A DNA stretch of 64,000 nt from positions 867-64,866 of the forward strand of contig DAOLNX010000002.1 in NCBI GenBank assembly GCA_035416785.1. The letters are read 5' to 3'. Below are positions 35,032 through 43,995 of this stretch, piece by piece. The translations under genes were made by a program, and so were the position numbers. The number at the start of each line of letters is the position of its first letter. Position 1 is the first letter of the stretch. This DNA is from Smithellaceae bacterium (GTDB lineage: Bacteria; Desulfobacterota; Syntrophia; Syntrophales; Smithellaceae). The notes beneath the pieces were generated by a model. It made no database searches and was not told the origin of the DNA. It saw only the letters and a program-made list of their open reading frames with translations.

Positions 35032-37167
35032 TCAGGATCTGTCGAAAACCTCCTTGATGACTTCAGAAAGTTTTTCCAGGGTGTATGGTTTCTGGATAAA
35101 GGCATTGACGCCCTGCGCCAGGGCGAAGGTCACTCTTTCGTCCTGTTTGAACCCCGAGGTCATGATGACCTTGACGCGGCTATCGATTTTTTTCATTTCC
35201 AGATACACCTGTTCTCCGGATTTTTGCGGCATCACCAGGTCCAGAAGAACACACGCGATTTCCTGATATCGTTTGCCGAAGATCTGCAAAGCCTGCAGGC
35301 CATCAGAAGCGGTAAGCACTTCATAGCCGCATTTTTTTAGAATGGCGCCTGCTGCCTGCCTCATGATTTCTTCATCATCGACGACGAGAATGATTCCCTT
35401 GCCTTGCGGCAGCTCAAAGCATTTTTCTTGCGTCTCTCGAATTTCTCCGTTATGAAGCACCGGTATATAAACATCGAAAGTGGTTCCCTGACCTTCTTCA
35501 GAATAAATATTGATAAATCCGGAATGTTGCTGAACAATGTTGTAAACCATGGAAAGGCCCAAGCCCGTGCCTTTGCCCTTTTCCTTGGTGGTAAAAAAGG
35601 GGACGAATATTTTGGCGATGGTTTGTGGCGTCATCCCGACACCCGTATCTTCAACCGAAATGCGCCAGTAGTCGATTTGTTTGGCCTCTGGACGGATTTT
35701 ACAAAAATCAGCGTCTGCGCGTACCTGGTCCAAACTGATCGTCAGAGTGCCGCCTTGCGGTTCCTGCGCGGACCGCATGATGGTCATGGCGTGGCCGGCA
35801 TTGACGCAGAGATTGAGAAGCGCCTGTTCCATATGGGTGGCGTCGGCCTTGGCCATGGCTTTTTCCGGGGGAACCTGCATATGGATATTAATGGATTTAT
35901 CAAAAGTGTTTTTAATGATGTTTTGAACATTCCATAGGGTGGTCTTCAAATCCATGGGGTAAAATTGAGTGTCCTGCTTGCGCGACAGGGTTAAAAGCTG
36001 CTGCACCATTTCCACGGCCCGCTGACCGGCCTTGTCCATGATATTCAACCATTTTTTCAGTTTTTCCGGATCGATTTGGCGGTTATTCTGCACTTCGAAC
36101 TGCAAAATGGAAAGCGTGCTGACAATGCCACCCAGGACATTGTTGAAATCATGGGCCAGGCCTCCGGCTAGAGTGCCGATGGTTTCCATTTTTTGTGCCT
36201 GAAGAAGCTGCTCTTCTAATGCATCTCTTTCCATGTCTGAAAGAATTCTTGCAACATGATCGGCAAAGATCACGCCAAATCCGATTTCATCTTCTTCCCA
36301 TACTTTGGGGGTGTTGTGCTCAAACGATACAAATCCTGCCACTTTACCTTTCAGAATAATGGAAACCATCAGAGCGGAGGCAATACCGCCGGGACGGAAA
36401 TAATTTTCATAAAGGCCGTTCATGAGCGGATCGGTTGCAACATCCGGCTGTAGGATGATTCTTTGTGCCTGAATTGCCTTGAAAAATTCCGGACAATCAT
36501 CTTCCTGCAGGAGAACATCCGTAAGATGCCTTTGTTCTGAAGAAATGAAAATGTCGGAGGATTTCAGACTTTTTCCGTTATTTTTCATCTGCCAGATGCC
36601 GCAACGGGAAACCTCCAGTGCGGCAAGGGCATTTTCGGAAAAGATATGAAAAACCATGCTAATGCTTTTGAAAGGGTCATTGCTTGTCAAACCGAATTCT
36701 GAGGACGCTTTCAGTTGTTTGGCCAGTCGGTTTTTCGAGCATAGTAATGTATGCTCGGAAACGGCCAGGTCAAAAACATTTTGCACAAGACCTTCGGCGT
36801 ATTCATTCAGTTGATTCGTAATCTGTTCGAATTCGGCACGGCTCCGGGCGTGAATCAGGAGTAAATCTTCCGCCGGATCGTGATGGAGATAAAGATGATA
36901 CTTTTCGTCATGAATCTTGATCTTCAGCGGTGTGCTGGCTGGATGGTGAAAACGACCGGCGATTCTTTCTTCGAGGCTTTCCCTGTCTTTTTCTGAAACG
37001 AAGATGCAGGGCAGGATGTCATCCAGATTCCGGAGATCAGGAATGTGAAACATATTCCGGAAGGCGCTGTTTGACAATGCTTCCCTCGTTTCCGGATTGA
37101 TCAGCAAAAGCGCCTCGATCGGATCATTTTGAAGCAAGTGCAGGGATAGAGAGCGTTTTTTCTTCAT
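35032..37167 (-). CDS. Hybrid sensor histidine kinase (N-terminal PAS-like region, GAF, HisKA, HATPase_c, receiver)
   Basis: 711 aa. GAF-like segment (…GKVAGFVSFEH…). H-box GGLAHDFNNVLGG. N-box NLCVNAGHA. DTGVGM…GTGLGLS. Receiver ILVVDDEE…LDLVMP…K. Confidence 0.9.
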   Translation of the reverse strand: MKKKRSLSLHLLQNDPIEALLLINPETREALSNSAFRNMFHIPDLRNLDDILPCIFVSEKDRESLEERIAGRFHHPASTPLKIKIHDEKYHLYLHHDPAEDLLLIHARSRAEFEQITNQLNEYAEGLVQNVFDLAVSEHTLLCSKNRLAKQLKASSEFGLTSNDPFKSISMVFHIFSENALAALEVSRCGIWQMKNNGKSLKSSDIFISSEQRHLTDVLLQEDDCPEFFKAIQAQRIILQPDVATDPLMNGLYENYFRPGGIASALMVSIILKGKVAGFVSFEHNTPKVWEEDEIGFGVIFADHVARILSDMERDALEEQLLQAQKMETIGTLAGGLAHDFNNVLGGIVSTLSILQFEVQNNRQIDPEKLKKWLNIMDKAGQRAVEMVQQLLTLSRKQDTQFYPMDLKTTLWNVQNIIKNTFDKSINIHMQVPPEKAMAKADATHMEQALLNLCVNAGHAMTIMRSAQEPQGGTLTISLDQVRADADFCKIRPEAKQIDYWRISVEDTGVGMTPQTIAKIFVPFFTTKEKGKGTGLGLSMVYNIVQQHSGFINIYSEEGQGTTFDVYIPVLHNGEIRETQEKCFELPQGKGIILVVDDEEIMRQAAGAILKKCGYEVLTASDGLQALQIFGKRYQEIACVLLDLVMPQKSGEQVYLEMKKIDSRVKVIMTSGFKQDERVTFALAQGVNAFIQKPYTLEKLSEVIKEVFDRS

Positions 37168-37242
37168 GGGTTCTCACCCTCTTCATCCATCTTTTTGTTT
37201 TATCCTTTCCTACCCGTCTTCTGAAACAGGCAGGTTCCACCA

Positions 37243-37644
37243 TTAGTCCTGACTGAATGTAATCAATTCAGGAAAAAGTTTCTGGATGACCGGAAACGTA
37301 CTTTCCTGCCAGGGAATATCGCTGTTTTGAACAATTCTTACCTTGTAGCCCTGGTCACTGGGTAAGCTTTTGGATTTCATCAGCCAGCTGATGATTGTCT
37401 TGATTCCGCTGGAGTTCACATAAGAGAGCTCTCTGAAATCGACAGATAGGATTTTGACTTTCTGGGCGATGGCCTCATCGTGTATCCGAAGCAAATAAGG
37501 CAGAATGAATTCGGAAGGATCTCTCATATCAATTTCTCCTGAAATGGCCAGAAGAATGCCATTTTCGGCTTCCTGTTCCTGAAGATCAGAAATGACCACT
37601 TTTGTTTTTTCGACTTCCAGAGGTTCGATATGGAGTTTATTCAT
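37243..37644 (-). CDS. STAS-like anti-sigma-antagonist-type protein (candidate phospho-acceptor of the adjacent kinase)
   Basis: 133 aa. VDFRELSYVNSSGIKTIISWL resembles the SpoIIAA/RsbV loop (…F(M/I)DSSGLG…). The start overlaps the kinase gene stop by 8 nt. Confidence 0.55.
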   Translation of the reverse strand: MNKLHIEPLEVEKTKVVISDLQEQEAENGILLAISGEIDMRDPSEFILPYLLRIHDEAIAQKVKILSVDFRELSYVNSSGIKTIISWLMKSKSLPSDQGYKVRIVQNSDIPWQESTFPVIQKLFPELITFSQD

Positions 37645-38131
37645 GGCTCGCCTCCCATTTTTCTATTGGAATGTTCGCAGTGATCTTCACGATACCGTTT
37701 TCAATGCTTGTGCTGATGTCCGCTTGGCATTCATAACGGATACGAGCCAGACCGAGAGCGCTTTTGCCATTGATAGCAATCGAACTGTCCTTCATTCTCT
37801 TGATGTAGGCGTCCAGGGGCGGGTTCTCGAAGAGTTCCTGAAGGCAACTTTGCAGGTCCGCGATATTTTCCTGTGAAGCGTGATTGCTCACGATGACTTT
37901 GATCATTTTTTGCGCACTGGTGACGTAAATATTCAGTTCGCTCCCCTCCAGATCGGAAAATTTGACGGCATTTTCGATGAGTTCATTCACAGCCATGGCA
38001 ATGCTGGTGGCCTGCTTTTTATTTTCAAGAGTGATGGCCATGAAGTTTTCCACAAATGTACGCACGGTTGATATGTATGTCCATTTGGGCCCGAATTTTA
38101 ATTCTACGTAAATCTTCGATTCCTTTTCCAT
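37637..38131 (-). CDS. Small GHKL-type serine kinase / anti-sigma-factor-like protein (RsbW/SpoIIAB/SiaB-like)
   Basis: About 164 aa from MEKESKIYVELKF (ATG, complement of 38129-38131). N-box-like AVNELIENAVKFS and G2-like SALGLARI. I saw no clear DxGxG G1 box. The upstream part of the track ORF overlaps the PP2C gene, so I discarded it. Confidence 0.55.
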   Translation of the reverse strand: MEKESKIYVELKFGPKWTYISTVRTFVENFMAITLENKKQATSIAMAVNELIENAVKFSDLEGSELNIYVTSAQKMIKVIVSNHASQENIADLQSCLQELFENPPLDAYIKRMKDSSIAINGKSALGLARIRYECQADISTSIENGIVKITANIPIEKWEASHE

Positions 38132-38160
38132 GCCCTTTCCCCTTTTTTCATTTATGCGTT

Positions 38161-39756
38161 TTACTGCTGTTTCAGACGTTTTACGGCGATCAGAGTTATA
38201 TCGTCCTGCTTTTGGTAAGGCGCCAATTCCTTCAGAATCCCGTCTTTGATGTCGTCGGGAGATTGATTGCCCAGTTGCTTGAAAACATTTTTCAGGCCAC
38301 TTTTGGAAAAGCGGTCGCCTTGGGTGCTTACGGCGTCCGTAATGCCGTCCGTGTATAACAGCATAACATCTCCCGCATGGAGAATCAAAGATGAATCTCG
38401 CAGCATGGCGCCGATTTCCTGCCTGAGTCCCAGCCACATTCCTTCTGTTTTAATCAATTCCACTTCCCGGTCTTCCGCCCTGTATATCATGATATCCTCG
38501 TGCAGTCCGGAATAGATGAGCCGTCCGTTTTCGTGAATGGACAGAATGACTAAAGTAATAAACTTGTCTTCTCCCAAAGCTTCAATATTTTCGGTCAGTA
38601 CAAGGTTGATATCTTCAATCATTTTGGACGGAGCGATGTCCGGCGATCGGGAAAGCACGGTTTTGATGGATGTCTGCAGCATCATCATGATGAGGCCCGC
38701 CGGGACACCGTGGCCGGACACGTCGCCAATGACAATCCAGTCTCTGCCCGCAGCATTGATTACGTCATAGTAATCGCCGCCCACTTCGTCGGCCGGCGTC
38801 ATGTGCACGGCCACCTCATACCCGGATAAACGCGGAGCCTGGGGGATGAGTGCAGTCTGGATTTTTTTGGCCAGCTTCATTTCGCCCCACAGGGCATCCC
38901 TCGTTTCCACAAGCTCGGAGTTGGTGTTCTTAATGTCGGTCAAATACTTTTTAAAGTATCGGGCAAATTCTCCGATCTCGTCTTTAGACTCGATTTGATC
39001 AAACAGACTGAAGTCAACTGAAGCCACAGAGCTCTGGCGAAGAATTCGAATCAACTTGGTGACGGGTTCCATGATGAATCGTGAAATCGTCAGGCTGATG
39101 AAGATGGAAAGGACCAGGGCGCTGAAAACAAATCCCACTGCCAGATAAAGAAAATTCGCAAAGCTGCGTATGGAATGTTCATGGCTTTCCCGGCTCAGAT
39201 CGTTTTGAATGGTCATGAGTTTGTTGAGGTTTTCATAAAGAATTTCAAATTCATCCTCGCCCATTTGCAGCATCACGGACGCGGTGGTAATGTCGTTTCC
39301 CTCCAGTGCGGAATCCTTGGCATAGATGGATCTCGTTTTATACTCTTCATGATTTTTTAAGATGGAAAGAAAGGCGTTTCTTTCTTTTTCGGTCAGTACA
39401 TCGGATTGCAAAATGTCCTTGATCAGCTTTGCCGATTCGTCTAGGAGCTCTATCTGGCGGTTGAGAAGCTTTTCGACGATTTTCCAGTCATAGCCGGTCA
39501 GTGCCCATACGTATCCCTTATACATGTTTGCGTGAATAACGTCAATTTTTCTAACAATTTCAGAGCTTTGCTTATAAATGCGGAAACGCTTGTTAAAGAT
39601 GTCGTCAATCAGTGCTCTTTGTTGAACCAGTCCGATGATAAAGAGGATGCACAGAACCAAAAGAAAAAATATTCCGATATATGCGGCAACAAAAACTTTT
39701 TTACGCACAGAAAGGCTATTGATGAAATGAGCTGTCCAGGACGGTACCGTATTCAT
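38161..39756 (-). CDS. Membrane-bound PP2C (SpoIIE/RsbU-type) phosphatase with a periplasmic helical sensor and HAMP
   Basis: 531 aa. Two transmembrane segments flank a helical domain of about 170 aa. HAMP region (ISRFIMEPVTKLIRIL). PP2C core GGDYYDVI…VIGDVSGHGVPAGLIMM…LLYTDGITD. Confidence 0.85.
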   Translation of the reverse strand: MNTVPSWTAHFINSLSVRKKVFVAAYIGIFFLLVLCILFIIGLVQQRALIDDIFNKRFRIYKQSSEIVRKIDVIHANMYKGYVWALTGYDWKIVEKLLNRQIELLDESAKLIKDILQSDVLTEKERNAFLSILKNHEEYKTRSIYAKDSALEGNDITTASVMLQMGEDEFEILYENLNKLMTIQNDLSRESHEHSIRSFANFLYLAVGFVFSALVLSIFISLTISRFIMEPVTKLIRILRQSSVASVDFSLFDQIESKDEIGEFARYFKKYLTDIKNTNSELVETRDALWGEMKLAKKIQTALIPQAPRLSGYEVAVHMTPADEVGGDYYDVINAAGRDWIVIGDVSGHGVPAGLIMMMLQTSIKTVLSRSPDIAPSKMIEDINLVLTENIEALGEDKFITLVILSIHENGRLIYSGLHEDIMIYRAEDREVELIKTEGMWLGLRQEIGAMLRDSSLILHAGDVMLLYTDGITDAVSTQGDRFSKSGLKNVFKQLGNQSPDDIKDGILKELAPYQKQDDITLIAVKRLKQQ

Positions 39757-39857
39757 GAAGTAACCTGCCGGTTTTGCATTCGTTCACATCCTGCCGGTTG
39801 TCCGGATTGCGGAAATCCGCTTTTCCTGCGCGTCTGTTCGTCCATCGGCAGATGGGG

Positions 39858-40331
39858 TTAATTTACCTTATAATATCCGCTTAAGAATATGATATTGTCG
39901 ATTTTTTCAAAATACGTGACTTTGGGCATGGCTTTTTTTCGTGTGGGGTGCGCCCAGCGGTATTCCACCCATCCTTTGCCATCCTTTTTCGCCTTGCTGC
40001 ATATTTCCCGAATAAAATATTTTCCGTCCGGATCCTTGACGTTGTACCACTCCTTGCCGGGAATAGTTCTATTAATTCCATGAGCCAGGACGATGGCCTT
40101 GTTCTTGAAATCCGTCTGGATGACCCACAGATACAGTTCACCTTTCTGCAGCATGCCCTTATCGGTGATTGCTGTCATGGTCTTCGATTCGCCATTTTCC
40201 TTGTAAAACGCAATGCCCTTTCTGACCAAAGAAACCGCTTCTTCTTTCTGATCAGCCCATGCCGCTGAAACAAACAACATACTGCTGAACATGAAAGAAA
40301 TAACCAGATTTCTGATGATTGCTTTTATCAT
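39858..40331 (-). CDS. Secreted single-Cache (sCache_2-like) domain protein
   Basis: 157 aa. Signal peptide …VSAAWA/DQ. …GELYLWVIQTD…VLAHG…DPDGKYFIREI…GKGWVEYRWAHP… is typical of single Cache sensor domains. Confidence 0.65.
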   Translation of the reverse strand: MIKAIIRNLVISFMFSSMLFVSAAWADQKEEAVSLVRKGIAFYKENGESKTMTAITDKGMLQKGELYLWVIQTDFKNKAIVLAHGINRTIPGKEWYNVKDPDGKYFIREICSKAKKDGKGWVEYRWAHPTRKKAMPKVTYFEKIDNIIFLSGYYKVN

Positions 40332-40441
40332 ATCATCGCCTCCCTTGTTTTATGCAATACGGTTTGTCAGTTAAACTGAAGATACTATTTCGACATCCTG
40401 CTCTCGACGGTATTACTGTAATGACGATTGACCTTTCAAGT

Positions 40442-40481
40442 CAAGAAAAACTTGAGGGCATTTCCCACCGGAAATGCCCTC
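40442..40481 (-). terminator. Rho-independent terminator of the 971-aa kinase gene
   Basis: Perfect 12-bp stem GAGGGCATTTCC / GGAAATGCCCTC with a 4-nt loop. On the minus strand it is followed by AAGTTTTTCTT. It overlaps the stop codon by 2 nt. Confidence 0.8.
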
Positions 40482-43242
40482 ATGACTGTGAGCGGTCTAC
40501 ACTTTGCGTGCCAAATACTTCCACGAGCAGTTCCGCCAGCTTTTCCAGCGTGTAGGGCTTCTGGATAAAGGCATTCACGCCCTGTTGCATAGCAAACGTA
40601 ACTCTTTCATCCTGCTTAAAGCCGGAGGCCATGATCACCTTGACCCTATGGTCGATTTTTTTCATTTCCACATAGACCTGTTCTCCGGATTTTTGAGGCA
40701 TGACCAGATCTAGAAGAACGCCATCAATTTCCTCATGCCTTTTTCTGAAGATTTCCATGGCTTGCACGCCGTCGCTGACGGCGATAACCTCGTAACCGCA
40801 TTTTCTCAATATGGTGTCGGCGGTGTGCCGCATCACTTCTTCGTCATCCACCACCAGAATGATCCCCCGGCCGCGGGGAAGTTCAAAATATGTTTCTTTG
40901 GTTTCGGGCGGAGCTTCGCCCGAGTAAACGGGAATATAGGCATCAAAAGTCGAGCCTGTGCCGATTTCGGAATAAATATTCATAAAACCTTCATGTTGAT
41001 GAACAATGTTGTAAACCATCGAGAGTCCGAGACCTGTTCCCTTGCCTTTTTCCTTGGTGGTGAAAAACGGGACAAAAACTTTGGAAATGGTTTGCTGGCT
41101 CATGCCGATTCCCGTATCTTCGACGGATATTCGCCAGTAGTCGATTAATTTTGCCTCAGGTCGGATTTTGCAGAATGACTCGTCCGCCCTGATTTTTTCC
41201 AAGCTTATCGTTAAAACGCCTCCTTTGGGATCTTTTTCCGGACGCATAATGGTCATAGCGTGGCCTGCGTTGACACAGAGATTCAGCAATACTTGTTCCA
41301 TCTGTGTCGCGTCGGCGTGAGCCATGGCTTTTTCGCTTGGAAGGTTTACTCGAATCTCGATGGATTTGTCGAATGTATTATCACATATTTTTTTCACATT
41401 GGAGATCGTGGTATTAAGATCTACGGGGGCAAACTGCGTTTCTCTTCTGCGGGATAGAGTCAAAAGCTGCTGAACCATGTCAACTGCCCGCTGGCCGGAT
41501 TTGTCCATGATGTTTATGTATTTCTTTAGTTTTTCCGGATCGAGGGATTTGTTCTGCTGAAGCTCGAATTGCAAAATGGACAGAGTGCTGACAATGCCTC
41601 CCAGAACATTGTTGAAATCATGGGCTAGGCCTCCGGCCAGAGTACCGATGGTTTCCATTTTTTGTGCCTGAAGCAGTTGTTCTTCCATCCGAATTTTATC
41701 GGTGACATCGCGGATGCTGCCTCTTAAGCCCGTCAGACGCCCTTCGTCGTATGTAGCAATGCAGTTGTCTTCTCCAAAAATATGGTAGCCGTCCCGGCGG
41801 GGGATTTTATGAATGGAGAGAAACTTTGTCTGTCGTTTTTCAATATTTCTGGATACTTCCGTAAAGCCGGTATCGCCGATCAATTCCCGGATGGTGATCC
41901 CTTTTTCCAAGTCTTTCGGTGAATGACCGGTCAGGCGAAGTCCCGCCTGATTCAGATAGGTGACCTTCATGTCGGCATCCGCTTCGTAAATGATATCCGG
42001 AGTATTATCCGCCAGAGATCGGTATCGCTCCTCGCTTTCCCGGAGGGCTTTTGCCACCTGTTTGTGTTCCAGGATCTCGTCATGCAGCGAGCGGCTGTAC
42101 TGCTGGAGTTTTTCCATGAAGATATTGAAATACTTGGCCAACCTTCCTAATTCATCATCGGAGGGAGAACGCATGCGGACGGAGAAATCATCCGTGACGC
42201 CTGTTGAAAAGTATCCGATGAGCTTCTTGACAGGCTTGGTGATGGCGGAACTGATCCAGATCGTCATGATAAATACAAGGGTGAAAGCCAGCAAAGAGAA
42301 GAAAATAATCATATTTTTCAAATGCTTCAGCGGGGCATAAAATTCGTCCGTATAGCCGGATGCGGCGACAATCCAGTCAAGTTCGGGAATGTAGTTGAGC
42401 ATGACAATTTTTTCGCGAGGCTTTTTTTCGCCGGGGTTATGCCACTGATAGACAAGTTTTCCGACTTTCTTCTTGACGATATTTGCGCCGGCCGCCCGCA
42501 AATCCGGATCCGGCAAGGTGAAGACATTGCCTCCCTGCAGAGAGGGATGGATAATGATATTGCCTTTGGAATCCACAATATAGGAATAACCGGTTTTCCC
42601 GAAGCGCATCGACAAGACGCTTTCTCGCAGATCGCTGACGCTGATCAGGTGAATGAATTCTGAACGGTAGGAAGAAACGGAGATGATCCAATCCCAGGGC
42701 TGAAAGTGTGTCATATAAAGAGCCTTCGGCTTCATCTCTTCGTCTCCGGGATTTTTCCATTCGTAGGTCAGAAAACCTTCTTTGCGTTTCATCTGTTCAC
42801 GGACAAAAGCGTGATTCGTGAAACTTCGCCCTTCAACACCCGGAATCGGATGAACAATAGCGATGCCGTCTTTATTGGCGCAATAGATATAGCCCGTTTT
42901 TCCGATGACCTGGCTGAAAAGAACGTCACGAGATCTTCTTTTGGCCTCTTCCTCTGTCATCAAACCTTTTCGGTATTGGTTGTAGAATTTTTCGATGATC
43001 ATTTTGTTGGCTTCGGCCGATGATCGCAAATAGTTCTTGATGGAGACATCTGCCGATGTTTTTACCGTGTTCAGAAGCATTTCCGTTGAGGAGTTCAGTT
43101 GGTTTTCAATACTTTCTTCCAGGGTTTTTTGCGCGACATGATAAATGGCAAAGCCGATCAAAGCGGTGACCAGAATCAAGGTTCCGCATGTGCTGAGCAG
43201 GAGTTTATAGCGAACGGGAAGATCGGCGAAAAAACGTTTCAT
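40480..43242 (-). CDS. Hybrid sensor histidine kinase (double Cache, HAMP, PAS, HisKA, HATPase_c, receiver)
   Basis: Transmembrane segment, then dCache (GYIYCANKDGIAIVHP … GYSYIVDSKGNIIIHP), a second transmembrane segment, HAMP, PAS, H-box GGLAHDFNNVLGG and a receiver. I chose the start MKRFFADL (complement of 43240-43242); the track ORF extends to 43395. Confidence 0.9.
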   Translation of the reverse strand: MKRFFADLPVRYKLLLSTCGTLILVTALIGFAIYHVAQKTLEESIENQLNSSTEMLLNTVKTSADVSIKNYLRSSAEANKMIIEKFYNQYRKGLMTEEEAKRRSRDVLFSQVIGKTGYIYCANKDGIAIVHPIPGVEGRSFTNHAFVREQMKRKEGFLTYEWKNPGDEEMKPKALYMTHFQPWDWIISVSSYRSEFIHLISVSDLRESVLSMRFGKTGYSYIVDSKGNIIIHPSLQGGNVFTLPDPDLRAAGANIVKKKVGKLVYQWHNPGEKKPREKIVMLNYIPELDWIVAASGYTDEFYAPLKHLKNMIIFFSLLAFTLVFIMTIWISSAITKPVKKLIGYFSTGVTDDFSVRMRSPSDDELGRLAKYFNIFMEKLQQYSRSLHDEILEHKQVAKALRESEERYRSLADNTPDIIYEADADMKVTYLNQAGLRLTGHSPKDLEKGITIRELIGDTGFTEVSRNIEKRQTKFLSIHKIPRRDGYHIFGEDNCIATYDEGRLTGLRGSIRDVTDKIRMEEQLLQAQKMETIGTLAGGLAHDFNNVLGGIVSTLSILQFELQQNKSLDPEKLKKYINIMDKSGQRAVDMVQQLLTLSRRRETQFAPVDLNTTISNVKKICDNTFDKSIEIRVNLPSEKAMAHADATQMEQVLLNLCVNAGHAMTIMRPEKDPKGGVLTISLEKIRADESFCKIRPEAKLIDYWRISVEDTGIGMSQQTISKVFVPFFTTKEKGKGTGLGLSMVYNIVHQHEGFMNIYSEIGTGSTFDAYIPVYSGEAPPETKETYFELPRGRGIILVVDDEEVMRHTADTILRKCGYEVIAVSDGVQAMEIFRKRHEEIDGVLLDLVMPQKSGEQVYVEMKKIDHRVKVIMASGFKQDERVTFAMQQGVNAFIQKPYTLEKLAELLVEVFGTQSVDRSQS

Positions 43243-43333
43243 GAAGTTTTCCTTTGCAAATATCATAAGATATTCAGAAAGATCTGTCAAGCCAGGCGGT
43301 GAGGGACTTGAAAAAGAAGGATGTATCAAATAA

Positions 43334-43873
43334 TCAATAACTTGCGAGTTCCGCGGATAGTTTGGACTCGATGTCTTTTGCTGTTGCGGAGTCAAGGGAT
43401 TCGGTCGCCACCTGATCAGGGATCATGTCCAGTAATTGTTTTGCAAGCGTTTTGCGATCCCCTGAATTTTCTTTGGCGGCCAGCCATGCCTCCATTTTTT
43501 TGTTAAATAAAAGCTTGTTGACCAGATCGGCTAATTGTTTATCCTGGCCGTCAGGATTCAGTTTAGCGATGTTGCGCAGTACCTGCCATTCGAATTCAGA
43601 AACATAGTCAGGACGGTCGGTTATCGGTCCGGTTACCGGCTTTCCTTGCATCACTTCCGGTGTTGCCGCTTTCTGATGATCCAGATATTCTTTTGCCTGG
43701 CGGTGGGTGGCCGTTGGAACTTCTGAACCGGTTGCCGAAACCATTTCATCGACATTATTATCCTGTGGATATTGTAGAAAAAGAAAGGCAATAGCAGCAA
43801 TTCCCAGAAGCATCATTGAAATCAAAAGAATTTTTTTTCTTGAAAGCCTATTATTTGTGCGACGATCGGACAT
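43334..43873 (-). CDS. Membrane-anchored hypothetical protein (possible lipase helper, by position only)
   Basis: 179 aa with an N-terminal transmembrane anchor (ILLISMMLLGIAAIAFLFL) and a helical, charged C-terminal part. I recognised no motif. Confidence 0.4.
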   Translation of the reverse strand: MSDRRTNNRLSRKKILLISMMLLGIAAIAFLFLQYPQDNNVDEMVSATGSEVPTATHRQAKEYLDHQKAATPEVMQGKPVTGPITDRPDYVSEFEWQVLRNIAKLNPDGQDKQLADLVNKLLFNKKMEAWLAAKENSGDRKTLAKQLLDMIPDQVATESLDSATAKDIESKLSAELASY

Positions 43874-43924
43874 GATTTCTGTCTCCTTGAATTATTCCCA
43901 TTGCTTCATTCAGGTAGGGCAGAA

Positions 43925-43969
43925 GGAAAAACAAATCCGGCCTGGCCGCATGGAAGCGGCCGGACCGGA
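43925..43969 (-). terminator. Rho-independent terminator of the lipase gene
   Basis: GC-rich hairpin TCCGGTCCGGCCGC-TTCCAT-GCGGCCAGGCCGGA (14-nt arms, 2 mismatches). On the minus strand it is followed by TTTGTTTTTCC. Confidence 0.7.
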
Positions 43970-43995
43970 GAGAGAAATTATTACTGCGAATCATG

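Noticed and set aside
38132-38437. N-terminal 102 codons of the 266-aa track ORF (37637-38437).
   Set aside because: This part is Arg/His-rich low-complexity sequence that overlaps the PP2C gene 3' end. A Shine-Dalgarno sequence plus ATG at 38131 gives a kinase-sized protein.
39810-39830. Hairpin CGGATT-GCGGA-AATCCG between the sCache and PP2C genes.
   Set aside because: The T-run follows it only on the plus strand, where nothing is transcribed towards it. On the coding (minus) strand there is no U-tract.
43243-43395. N-terminal 51 codons of the 971-aa kinase ORF overlap the 179-aa gene.
   Set aside because: MKRFFADL followed directly by a transmembrane helix is the natural start. The extension overlaps the upstream CDS.
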